From NCBI RefSeq assembly GCF_000150275.1, contig NW_002060943.1:13009639-13073638 (forward strand): DNA of 64,000 nt, given 5' to 3'. This DNA comes from Trichoplax adhaerens (Eukaryota; Animalia; Placozoa). A program made the translations under genes and the position numbers. Position 1 is the stretch's first letter. Each line of letters starts with the position of its first letter. Positions 40,490 through 56,560 of this stretch are shown here, in pieces. The notes under the pieces are model-generated. The model saw only the letters and a program-made list of their open reading frames with translations. It was not told the DNA's origin and did no database searches.

Positions 40490-41791
40490 TTAGTTGTCAT
40501 CGAGGACAATAGTTTCATGACCAGAAAACAATCCCTCCACCTTGGATAGAGTTGGAGTCTGGCAAATTTCTTTGGTGTCCGATCCACTACTTTCATCACT
40601 TTGCTCGCGAGATTTTGCTCTAACTAACTCTTCCTCTTTGCTTGTCCTTGTATCCTCTTGCTGGAATTTGGACGAAGGTATTTCTTTCTGTTGCAGATCA
40701 GGATCGATAATTTCTATCCTTCCTGGCATCCTGGTTGGTAATAATATGACCTTGCCTATAAATCTTTGCGAATGGATTCGCTCCATAGCAATGTTAAATT
40801 CTTCTAGCGGATACATTGCATCAATCCTTGGTCGAACTACTCCTTCACTATATAATTTCAAGATATCATGCATGGCAGTCCGAACCCAATTGATACCGCT
40901 AGCATCCTGAACTAAATGCGTCAAGACAACACCACCAATCATTTTACAGTCCGCAATTAAAGTACTTAAATCTTGATGGAAAGTATTCCACCATTGCCTT
41001 GCAGCACCAAACCAAGTACGACTTTCTGCTGATCGTAAATTAGCACCGCCATACATAATATGTTTACCTAATCGTTTGGTTAAGAAATAATTCTTACGAT
41101 TATCGACACCTCTGTACGGATCCAAGACAATATCCACTCCATTAGGAGCAAATTGTCTAATGTCAGTAACATAATCTCTGGATTTGCTATCAACAAGATA
41201 GTCATAGCCATGTTTTCGAGTGATAGATTGCCAAGAATGAGGGCAAGTTCCATATAATGTGACATGGGGTACAGTCTTGCATAACTGTCCAACGGCTAAA
41301 CCAACATCATCGAATGCTTGATGACAGAGAATACTTTTACCTTCTTTCAGACCTCCATATTCAAATAATAAAAAATAGGCTGTCAGGTAGCTAATAGGTA
41401 TAGCAGCAGCTTCTTCAAAAGTCATCCCATTAGGCATAGAAAAAACCCATCCTAAAGCTACTGAGACATATTCGCTCCAGCCACCAGACCAAGCTATGCC
41501 AATAACGCGATCACCCACTTCAAAGCTAGAAACACCTTGGCCGCATTCATCAATCGTGCCAGCTACCTCCATGCCTAAAACGCATGGTGGTCGTATCGTC
41601 ATGGATAGATTTAACCCTTGTCTGGCCAATATATCATGATTATTGATGCTGCATGCTTCTACCTTGATTAGGACATGGCCATTTTTGACATTGGATAATT
41701 CTTTCCTTTGTAGTTTGATTTTATTAATACCACCATAGCCGGTTAAAACTAATCTCTTATTCGTTCTCTTGCTTGGAAAAGCTTCTGCCAT
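40490..41791 (-). CDS. VAT1-like medium-chain dehydrogenase/quinone oxidoreductase family protein, intronless
   Basis: 433-aa ORF with LVLTGYGG..K.K, ARQGL, LGME.AG, MTFEEAAAIPISYLTAY.LLF, GVDIVLDP, YGGAN and ..GKVILLP, as in VAT1/VAT1L. Acidic C-terminal tail. Orthology to VAT1 versus VAT1L is not resolvable here. Confidence 0.88.
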   Translation of the reverse strand: MAEAFPSKRTNKRLVLTGYGGINKIKLQRKELSNVKNGHVLIKVEACSINNHDILARQGLNLSMTIRPPCVLGMEVAGTIDECGQGVSSFEVGDRVIGIAWSGGWSEYVSVALGWVFSMPNGMTFEEAAAIPISYLTAYFLLFEYGGLKEGKSILCHQAFDDVGLAVGQLCKTVPHVTLYGTCPHSWQSITRKHGYDYLVDSKSRDYVTDIRQFAPNGVDIVLDPYRGVDNRKNYFLTKRLGKHIMYGGANLRSAESRTWFGAARQWWNTFHQDLSTLIADCKMIGGVVLTHLVQDASGINWVRTAMHDILKLYSEGVVRPRIDAMYPLEEFNIAMERIHSQRFIGKVILLPTRMPGRIEIIDPDLQQKEIPSSKFQQEDTRTSKEEELVRAKSREQSDESSGSDTKEICQTPTLSKVEGLFSGHETIVLDDN

Positions 41792-44217
41792 TTCTGCAAT
41801 ATCTGTTGAATGCTGTCTTGGTTCATTGAATGCGAAAAAATCAGAAATTTCATATCGAGATAAATTTGCAAATTAAAGTTGGTTCTAATCTACATTAAGA
41901 AACGAAATACTAGACTTACAATAGAATGAAGAGGATACTAGGAGGGCGGTATTGGATAATTCAATTGAGATGAAATATCGTCTAGTTGCTACCTTAGTTA
42001 ATTCTACGAAAGAAAAGGAAAATTAATTACAAGCTGTAGTTGTTATTTCAAGTTGGTTGTACAATATATGAAAATACTAGAAAGATGAATGAAAATGCTA
42101 CCATAAGGGCATTATTGAATCATTACTGCGTAATAAATGGGGGGAGGGGGAAATAGCGCCCAGTTACTATTATGGCAATTTTTAGTGACAGAAAATAAGA
42201 ATTAATTTCAAGGTTGTTATTTAAAGCTCATTCATGCACTCTATTAGAAAAATAAAATACCTAAAAGAGGAATGAAGAGGATACCAGAATGAGCGTATTG
42301 GATGCGCAAAGATGTTAAAGTACATGAAATCGGAATGGAGACAAAAGATCGGCCAGTTTCTACCCTGGCTACTTTAATGGCAAGAAAAAGAGAGTTAATT
42401 TCAAGATTGATTCCTTATTGAAAGTTCACTCTAGTACTCTACTAAGAAAAAGAATACCTAATATGCGTAGAGGAATGCAGTGGATAGCAGAATGATGGTA
42501 TTGGATCGATGGTGTGTTAAGACTGGGCTATTTGATAGCTTAATTTAGACAAATCTATTCAATTTATTCTTAGATTTTAGTCTGCAATGGTAGCAGAGCG
42601 CTGTTACTACTGGTATGTTATGATCAATATATGCGCTGAAGAATAGAGTAAAGAAATAATATTGGATAAAGTGATTGATGATTTCATACATAAAAAGGAT
42701 TGATATAACACCTTGTGCTTTTATAATAAACATCTATCCTGTGGGATTATCATGGAGGGAATCTTATTAATTGGTGAGATATCCAATCATTAGCGAATAG
42801 TGTTGACGATATCTAGGCGTAAATGCCATCCAAATCGTTACTATTGCTTGTCCTTTAGTCAAGATTGGTTTCTTCTTTTACTATATTCTCATTCTCCTAG
42901 CCTAGGTGAAAAGTAATGGTGTCAAAAATAATGTGCAGCCTATTGGTCATTTCTTCTCATGGATGTGAATGTCTATAAGTAATAGTCATGTAGTATTTGA
43001 TGCTCGAGCTTATCAATATGGAAGTGGTTTTCTTAGCCATTTCTCGCTAATTGTTATTATTTGACAATACCATCACTGGCTATCGGCCGCTTTCTGCTCT
43101 ACCGATATTCCTTGTAGTCAAGAATTTTTCCTGTGCAACGTTAATGAGGAAATTTTATTTGTCTTTTCCTTGAAAATCACCCCAGACAATGTCATACCTT
43201 ACGTGCTATGCAGAACATGATCCAAAACGGTGTTTAGTTTGAATTAGTTTGAATTAGTCTAGCTTAAAGCAAATAGAATTAGTGGTCATGAGCTACAAGC
43301 CTATAACATTGTCATTGCGCACTGTTGTAGCTGTTAATTAATTGCCTTTCCTTAGATGAGATAGCATTAAGCCCATAAAAGTATGAGCAAAACATGACGA
43401 GCGATATTCATGAATGAGAGTTGAATAACACTTTTCGTTAATGCATTTGCTCCTCTGATGCTGTCAAGACGAGCAAAGGATTATCTCATACGTATGGAAT
43501 CATGCCCTAATTTATTCTAATGCTGAGTATTTTGAACAGGAATATAAGTCGTTTACTTGAAATTCTAGCGGTAGCGATCCTAACCAGCTCTGACACAGAG
43601 TATTTTGAACCAGGAGATTAAAATCATTCAACTTGAAATTTAAAAGTGGTAGCAATCACAATCTCCTCCGAAAAGGCGTACTTTGAGCAAAGAAATTCAA
43701 ATCGTTAACTTCAAATCCATGCGGCACCAGTAAAAGTGTATTACGGAATATTCAATTAATCCATGATGCTATTCCTTGTCCTAAAAAAGTGCAGAAAATG
43801 CATCATGCAGCATTTCTTTATTTCCAGACTAGCATAACTAAATATAAAGCATCATATCATACTATGGAAGCCAAGGGTATTGAGCAAGAATTGCAGTGTT
43901 CTAATATCTATTTATCAATTCAATTAGTTATGAAGCATAAGAATGTCACCTCCATATGAGTTTTGTACTTGCCCTATACTGCATTAATGATATATGCTTG
44001 TAAAAGTACGTTATTTATTTGCAGCTGTGATCATTGAAGGCAATGATTACTACTGTGTAAGAGTTTTGTACCTCCTTAAGACGATATGGCGAGTAATTAT
44101 AGATGTCCATAAACGTACACTATTTATTTTCTTGGACGATCAATGCAGGCCATGATAAAGCATGCTACTTCATAAGGGTTTTGCACTGTACTTCCAAAAC
44201 TATATCAAATATATTAG

Positions 44218-44320
44218 CTATATATATATATATAATATATATATATATATATTACATATATGATATATATGTTATATATAGATTATATATATATATATGT
44301 CAATATATATATATATATAA
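44218..44320. repeat. Imperfect (TA)n microsatellite
   Basis: Direct inspection. Confidence 0.9.
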
Positions 44321-44354
44321 TGTTCGCTAATAATAATATGCATACGTATACATT

Positions 44355-44900
44355 ATCTAGTAGTCCATGCATAATTTTTCTAGTAGTCCATAGACAACTT
44401 TTCTACTAGTCCATGGTCGACTGCATAATCCCAGCCATCATTGAACAGGTCGTCCATGGAAATTTTTCTAGTAGTCCATGGACAACTTTCTACTAGTCCA
44501 TGGTTGACTCCATAATCCTAGCTATCATTGAACAAGTCGTCCATGGTCAGACCAAGGACAACTTTTCTAGTATCCCATGGACAACTTTCTACTAGTCCAT
44601 GGTCGACTCCATAATCCTAGCTATCATTGAACAAGTCGTCCATGGTCAGACCAAGGACAATTTTTCTAGTAGCCCATGGACAACTTTTCTACTAGTCCAT
44701 GGTCGACTCCATTATTCCAGCAGACCATGGAAATTTTTCGAGTAGTCCATGGTCGACTGCATAATCCCAGCTATCATTGAACAAGTCGTCCATGGTCAGA
44801 CCAAGGACAATTTTTCTGGTAGGCCATAGACAATTTTTCCAGTAGTCCATGCATAATTTTTCTAGTAGTCCTTGGACAACTTTTCTACTAGTCCATGGCC
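44355..44900. repeat. Tandem array built on 'tagtccatgg' just upstream of MEMO1
   Basis: Short sub-units 'acaactttt(t)cta(g/c)tagtccatgg' nested in ~105-bp units containing 'gctatcattgaacaagtcgtccatggtcagaccaagg'. Confidence 0.9.
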
Positions 44901-45215
44901 ATTAGTCTGCCATGTCTATCCCAGTCTCTATAACTTCTGTTCCACCTCCAGTGGCGATGTCTATCTGGGCCAGGCCAGGACTCATGTCAGTACTACAGTC
45001 AATAGAATGTATCATGTAGTAGTGCGCTACAAGGGTATAGTACTGTGTTGGATCAAAAAGACTACCGTAGCCATAGTGATGCAAAGCATTATAGACTCGT
45101 CGACTGGAAAGGCTTGCGATCAAACCATTGAATCGGGTAGTAGCGCTGACATTGGCGTTAATAAACAAGGATCCATCGTCATTTCTTCTCGCTCAAGCAT
45201 TTCTCCATTAGGATC

Positions 45216-48200
45216 ATGGCTCATCGTCAAGCAACCCACGCTGGCTCATGGTATAGTAGTTCAGGTGATGATGTATTGATATAGGATAGTCCACTAATTT
45301 GGCGTATTTTTCAATGCATTCGACACGGTAGCCACGCTTGGCTATTGTCACTTTCTTCTCCACCATTTTCCACTCTATCCCAGCTCATCGTGCCTATTGA
45401 TCGTAAAAATTCTCTTCTACCATAAGGCAATTTCCCCTTCTACCTGTATGCCAGTCTTTGACTGTACATTATAGACTGAAAGACTTACTCTCATCCACAG
45501 CTTGCTAGTAGTTGTTGTTTTTTTCCTCTCATTTCTTGGCCGTTTGGCAATATTACGATAATCAACGAAGTCATACTGTATGTAGACAGTTTTGAATGAA
45601 TAACTTGGACTACCATTTCACTGTTGAAATGATCCAAAAATCCTCATTCAACTTTTTGGTCTCTTGTTAATGGAATCTAGATGATGTAGACAGCAAGTAA
45701 AGCCTTTGAAATGAGCCACAGTGTAGATATCTACATGTAAGAGATTGATGAAGTTTTCATCGTTAAAGTAAACATTCCATTCCCTTTCTCTCTACTCCGT
45801 GGATGGGCTTTGTATTGGATCAAGTAACTTTCTTGCCCAAACAAAAGGAATCAATCCTCTATAGAACATGATACTCCAACAAAAAATAAGAGCCAGTCTA
45901 ATAGCAGTAGAAGACTTCTGTTCTAAACTACCAAGAGTGATCTGTACTCTGAGAAGCCCCTTGTGCTATCCAGTCAACTGGGAACATTGACTTTGAGCAT
46001 ACTTGATTCCAACAAGATAGCGCTTATCCGGTCGAATAGGGTACGATACTGGTACAAATAGTACGAATAAAAGTTCAATGTTATGATGGAGATTGTAAAT
46101 AGGATAGCACGCCATCAAGGTTAAAAAATCGTAAGACTGCTCGTTATGGCAGTAGTAAAAAGTAGTAATATCAATCAGCCACTTTAGGTTATGTAGGTAC
46201 CCTTGCCAAGATGGGAAGGATCCTCAAAACTGACATAACTTGAGCCAATAACATAACGTTAGCCTAGCGTCATCATCATGGTTGATTTCGATAATTGCAT
46301 ACTGTACTGTATTAGAAAATCGATACTGTAAATGAAGATCTTGATAGTGTGGTACCATAGCTTGGCACATTAATTATGGCTATCTGTTTCCTGCTGTAGG
46401 ATACTTTTACCAGTAAAACTACACATAGAGATAGACATGAGTGATGTATGAGCTTAGTATAGACCAGGGTACAAAAGAACTCAAATGAAACTTTTGAAAG
46501 GTTAATAGTTTCCCGATGAACCAGGACATGCTACATAAACCATAAGGCGATAGGTTTTTCCCAAATCATATTTGGCTTCACCGAAAACATGATCCATCTA
46601 CACTTTAAAGGTACATTACCGTAGGAAATAGTTTAAAATAATAATCAGGCTTCTTATAAAGAATTCGAGAATGTGACTGTATGATATTCTCTGCAGTAGA
46701 GAACCATTCTTAAATGTTAGTTATAGGAACAGTGAATGTAGTAGTAAATATTATTATTTACCCTAGATCGATCATCCGTTTTAAGCCATTCCCTATACTA
46801 GATCAACTGATAGAAATGCGATCACGAACCTACGTACTATCATGAACTACCACTGTACCTTGATAGTATTTATAGCTAAAGTAGCATTGTCTCACTAATA
46901 TTCTATTTTTTATCTAACGGCTCATCCAATTTTCCCACATAGGCACTGAATTATCAAAACAACTAGGTGGTTGGTTATCCAAAGTTGCAAATGGCAATAC
47001 ACCTGCTAAAGCGATCATTGCGCCGTAAGCAAATTAATAGTTGTTACTTTAAGGCTAGCAACGATATCATAGCGAAATAGTTATCGACTCAGGTCTAGTA
47101 ATATGGATCGGAACAACGGTCAAGGTTATTGATCGTACATAATCTTAAATGGATCATAACGATACCAATCAATACCAAATGATATATAATCGTTAAATGT
47201 AGTTATACAACTTGTAGTTCATACGAATTGGTCTTGTGTTCGTTATACTAGCAGCTAGCTGATAGGAAAGTACTGAATGCAATCATTTTTACTTCCTTGA
47301 TAGTATAAATAGAAGTAGAAGAAGAGTTGGTCATTCATAACATGTTTGTTTATTACATACACTTGATCAATTGCAATGTGATAATCACTTTATTGCATGT
47401 GCTGTATTTTAGGCATGCTGGCTATGCTTATTGTGGAGCTTGTGCAGCTTACGCTTATAAACAGATTGACCCAAGAGGAATGTAAGTTTGATGAAATAGC
47501 ACTTTTACAATTTTAAGAGATTGCCCCTATGACTACCATAATTCCAGTTTAGTCAACATGTGCAAGTCATCTATGAATTCTTAATAATAATGATAGTCCG
47601 AGTATTTTAGAAAAGTTAGCTAATATTGAGTAGGCAACTCCAAAGGTTAACAGTTCCGTTTGTAATGTTTGGTTACTCAAAGGCTGAAATGGCGACAGAA
47701 TGATAGCATAAATCGTACTAAAAGTTTACGTCTATTTTCTTCTTTAAAATTGACAGCAAAAGAATATTCATATTAGGACCTTCACATCATTATTATCTGA
47801 CCAAATGTGCAATAAGTATGACGAGTCAATGTAATACTCCTCTTTATCCACTGCAAGTCGATACCGAAAGTAAGCTTTGCTAGTCATTATTTCAATCGAG
47901 GCATAGACTGATTTTTCCCGTTTTATATAACAGTTAATAATCAGCTGTTAAAAACTGGAAAATTTGATAAAATGTCCAAAAGTGTTGACGAAGACGAGCA
48001 TAGTATTGAGATGCACCTTCCATATATTGCTCAAGTCATGTCCAGGTTAGTTGGTCAAGATTAATAAAGATTTCATTAAAATAAACAATTGAACCTAATG
48101 CAAAACTGATGCCCAAGATATTGCATTTCAATTCATAGTCGATTTAAAATCAACTTCAATAATAAACTATTTGACATTTATTATTTTCTATCAGTTAGTA

Positions 48201-49419
48201 GTGCATAAACATTGACTTTATCCTTGTATCCATAAAGCCGTATTATCTTATGGCAGCTACAATTATCTACAATCCACTGTTGACCTACTACAATTTATCT
48301 TAACTGTGATTAAAACCATAAAAATTGTTTCTTGCGCTAGCCGCTCTCCGGATTCCTTTACAATTGTACCGATTCTAGTTGGTGCGCTTGGATATAGGGA
48401 AGAGCTGATGTACGGAGAAATTTTCAGTCAATACCTTGTTGATCCTGAGAATTTATTTGTCATCTCGTCGGACTTTTGTCACTGGGGTAAGTTTTACTTT
48501 CTGTTTTCAATGGAACAGTATGCTACTATGCCAAACCTGATTATATAGCGTTCACTTCTCCTTTATGGACGTATAGAATTAATTTAAGTAGGATTACGCA
48601 GACTTAATTTCGCAGACATCACTAGAGGGTTGTATTCAACAACCTAGCAGAGTTTTAATGTCGGGCGCAATTTTTTCAATATGTACAATAAATAAAATTA
48701 GAAGAATACTAATTGTATTATGACCTACTGCAATATTCTAGGTAAAAGATTTAGGTTTACGTACTATGAAAAATCTCACAAGCATATATTTTCATCCATT
48801 GAAGCCTTAGACAGAAAGGTACTTTTCAAAGAAGAGTAGAACACAGTTAAGATTAAATGCACGAAAATATACGTGTATAAGTACAATATAATACTGTAGT
48901 TTGAAAGTTTCCTACTTGCATTATTGGTATCGCTGATGTGAGTGTTATATACTGTAATTCGAAATCCAGCAATCACTAGATGTAGTCGGGTAGATTAAAG
49001 TTGGATAGGATTGAGCAACATGGCTGTCTTATCTAAAATTTAAATTTTATACTACAGGGAATGGACCTGATTGAACAACTGGATCCTGCTGGATTTCGTG
49101 AATACTTAGACAAGTATCAGAATACAATTTGTGGCCGGCACCCTATTGGTGTTCTGTTGCAAGTACGTATGATCATTCTGTAGCTACAGTAAACTAAGGC
49201 GATAGGGTAGCTGGCGCATTTATGAATGGATGCAGCCGTACTAGTCTTAATATTAATCATTTTCCTTTCTTTTTTTAGGCAATTGATGCCGTTAGGAAAA
49301 AGCAAAGGTCCAACATGAAAATGAGATTTTTAAATTATGCTCAATCGAGCCAATGTTTAAGTGCAAACGACAGCTCCGTTAGCTATGCTGCAGGAGTCTT
49401 TAATTTATCTACTTCGTAA
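45216..49419 (+). CDS. MEMO1: Mediator of cell motility 1 (MEMO1), ~9 exons
   Basis: Exon 45216-45264 [16 protein letters not shown]; 46943-47024 ...AKAIIAP; HAGYAYCG; [10 protein letters not shown]; [15 protein letters not shown]; [12 protein letters not shown]; [13 protein letters not shown]; YAQSSQC...DSSVSYAAG. Stop at 49417-49419. Confidence 0.95.
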
Positions 49420-51044
49420 CTTGTTGGTAACAAAGGCTATCAACGATAGGACATGCTTAAGTACATTGTAGTTTCTTATCAAGGATCTCCAATGATTTCT
49501 TAATTCGTTTCTCTAATATGATTGTCATTTGGCAGTTATGCTGCTGATGCAATTGTAACATCTTGACGATTTGAATCGTATGTTGACTCAAAGTAAAATG
49601 ACTCAGTTAGACTCTGACTAATAACACTAACAAAATACTACTCATGTGTAACTGTAGTTCATCGATTCCATGTTCAATTAGCCCATGACATTGAAGTGTG
49701 TATTATATCCTTGGATATTATATAAAAGGAATTATTTCTAAAGCGAGCCTTGAATTCTATAACTCAATGCTGTTGTAGCAATTGATAAGTAATGAGTCTA
49801 AAGTAGGAATCGTGCAAGTATATATATATATATGAATGACACCATCTTCATGTCCTTTTTATTAAGTACGTAGCTATTGACAGTTAGGCCCAATACAGAA
49901 TGAGAAGTTAATATACGTATATCATACTACAGTACGTTAAGGTAAACATTGAAGTTTAATTAAAGAAGCTCGAATAGTGTAACTAACTAATGTTAATTTA
50001 GCAAAGTCATTGATTATATAATTAGGAATTAATAATTCACTTAAATGAGGCTAAAGCCATAGAAATTGATTTGACAGTTGAAAGTCATCATTTACAGCTA
50101 CGCACTCAATTATCTAACTCAACTAAAACGGTGAAAAGGATAGAGTTATTGAGAAGATTTTCTCGAAATTACTACGGACTCTTTCAAACAGAAAAAAATA
50201 TATAGACACAACACAGTCACTATCATAGTATCAATTTTTCACCAGTCATTATAAAAAAAAAATTGCAAATCATCACCAATACTGTTAGAACAGAACAGAA
50301 CATGAAGTGCCTACATTCTTTAAAGCTTTACAGCACAAATATTCCAAAGACAGTAACAGCAGTTACAAACGAGTAATTCTGTTGCTGTCACTACGAACAA
50401 AGTAACATATTTAGAGGTACCGGTTAACGTTAAACTTTTTCCTTTCCTAAACATAGTTGTTAGGATAAAAAAAAGGCTAAGCTGAACTGCTAAATAGTAG
50501 ATACACGTTTTACCGTAATATGTCAGCACCACGCTAATGATTATAGAAGTTGATCACTTAGAGACCTACTACTTTTACACTCAAGGAAAATGTTATCAAA
50601 AGCTACTGTAATCGTTCAGCAAGTACACTACGACCGCATCTAACGTAAATTGAATTTATTTAAATTGCAAACAGTAATTAAATGTGATTGGACTAAGATT
50701 GAAAATTGTTGCATTTCGTTACGTATTTGATAATTAGATTGACGAAAACCTCAACATTTCGAGTAATCTCACAAAAGATAGATGAAGCTGTCCATAGTCA
50801 TAATAAATTTTAAGTCATAATTCTACGCCACTAACAAATTTTGCCTATTTACGTTGTATTAATGGAATAGATAATCTACTTTTACAATGGTGATAGTACT
50901 AATTAAACGATATTAGTATTTCAAAATGTTGCTACTACGATATAGTGTAGTACAATAAGTAATTTACTTGTAAGTCACCATCAATGAGCTGTTGTTGATC
51001 GTACTTAGAATATTCTATAGACCTTTCAATTTTGATAAGAAGTC

Positions 51045-55012
<3,968 letters not shown>

Positions 55013-55459
55013 GGTGGTTTGGCGATAATTCTATGTAGTTACAGTAATTAAAATGGATATAAAGGTAGTTGGGTTGAAAGATTTTCCTTGAAAGTGGAAG
55101 TGTAACCTAAAAGAAAGAATCAAGAACCGTTAGTTGAAGGCATAACCTGGATCCATTTGCATTTTTCTGACTGCCTCCTGTCAAGGCTATTGTCAATGAC
55201 TCCTTTACAGTCTACTCCAACACTGATTCAACACCTTTTTTCACTGGAACTTGGTGCCACTGAAAATTTCTCTTTTTTCTTCCTTCAGTACTCTCCAATC
55301 GCTGAATGGAGGAATACTGATAATCAAGAGTCTAAATGAAATAATCAATTGTATCTGACTAATTGGAAAGTACAAGTTGGACAAGGTGGAAACTTGACAG
55401 CGTTGTAAAAGTCCTCCTAGCAAGCAAAATCCCAATCCACTGGCAACGATTTTTTTTTC

Positions 55460-56560
55460 TCCAACGAGACGTACAGTAAGTATCTGCTGCTGCTGTGGAT
55501 ATGACGTACTGCCCAGTCACCAATCATGCACCGTCTGACAGTGCGCAAACCCTTGTATGCAAATGAAGACGTAGCAAGGCTTACAGTACATACTGTACAG
55601 TACGGTATGGCTGGGTGTCCTTTTTCCCCTCCCAGGTGCATGACTGCTTTTTATCCCATACGCCGCCATCAGACTGAAAGGGCACGATCGTACAGTACTG
55701 TAGACTGTAGAGTAGGCACGGCACCGGATGGCACCAATACCAAGTACTGTACAGTACGATGCTGTGTACAAATATGCAGTCTTGATCCATTACCGCGTGT
55801 GACCCTCGAAAAATCCTACAGTACTGTAATGTACAGTCTACAGTGCCACTGTAGACTGGTTTGGTACTGTCCTTGGTGACATGGAGCATGACGCAGCGAC
55901 CACCCGTACTGTACAGTGTACAGTACGTCGCGTGCAGTACACAACGCTGTCGGATACAGTACTATGTACTGTACGTACGACAGTATAAAGCACCTTTTTG
56001 GACAGGCAAGAGAAAAGCTCCTTTCTCTCCACGGTACTACAGACTGACTGTCTCCAGGACTGGAAATGGGTATCAGTTGACAGTGTACTGTGTATGTGTA
56101 CAATGGACATCCAATTCATCGTGCCCTACCGTACAGTATCAGCTCAAACTGGCAACGTGTCCTTGGTGAGACTGTACGGTAGAGGCAGAAATCTCAGTTT
56201 TACCGCTACTGTTGAGACGCCCGATCGTAAAATTGGGGTGTCATTTCTGACAGTACAGTAATGATTTTGCGAGCTTATACCTATCCAAGGTTGAAGGATT
56301 TCAACCCATGACTTGCCACTGCAGTGTTAAACACTGCTGCTCTACACTAGCGAAGTTGCTGCTTGCTCGCAGCTATGATGAAGGAATTTAAGCCCGCCGA
56401 TAACGGAAGTCAGCAACAACTCGATAGTATGTCTGACCAATGTCCATCAGCTGAGAAAGAAGAATNNNNNNNNNNNNNNNNNNNNNNNNNNNNNNNNNNN
56501 NNNNNNNNNNNNNNNGACAGAATTGACAGTACAGTACTATACACTATAGTACTGTAGGTA
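55460..56560. repeat. Cluster of TACAGTA/TACTGTA motifs upstream of RAB1
   Basis: Many copies in both orientations, including palindromes TACAGTACTGTA (55691, 55817) and TACTGTACAGTA (55592, 55745), in locally GC-richer DNA. Confidence 0.65.
56466..56515. other. Assembly gap (50 N)
   Basis: Run of N. Confidence 1.

Noticed and set aside
44872-45279. 135-aa ORF overlapping the MEMO1 start
   Set aside because: It begins in the tandem repeat; the conserved MEMO1 peptide is in another frame starting at 45216.
55417-56261. Many overlapping 70-120-aa ORFs on both strands
   Set aside because: Low-complexity TACAGTA-rich sequence with higher GC; the peptides are YSTV-type repeats with no recognisable domain.
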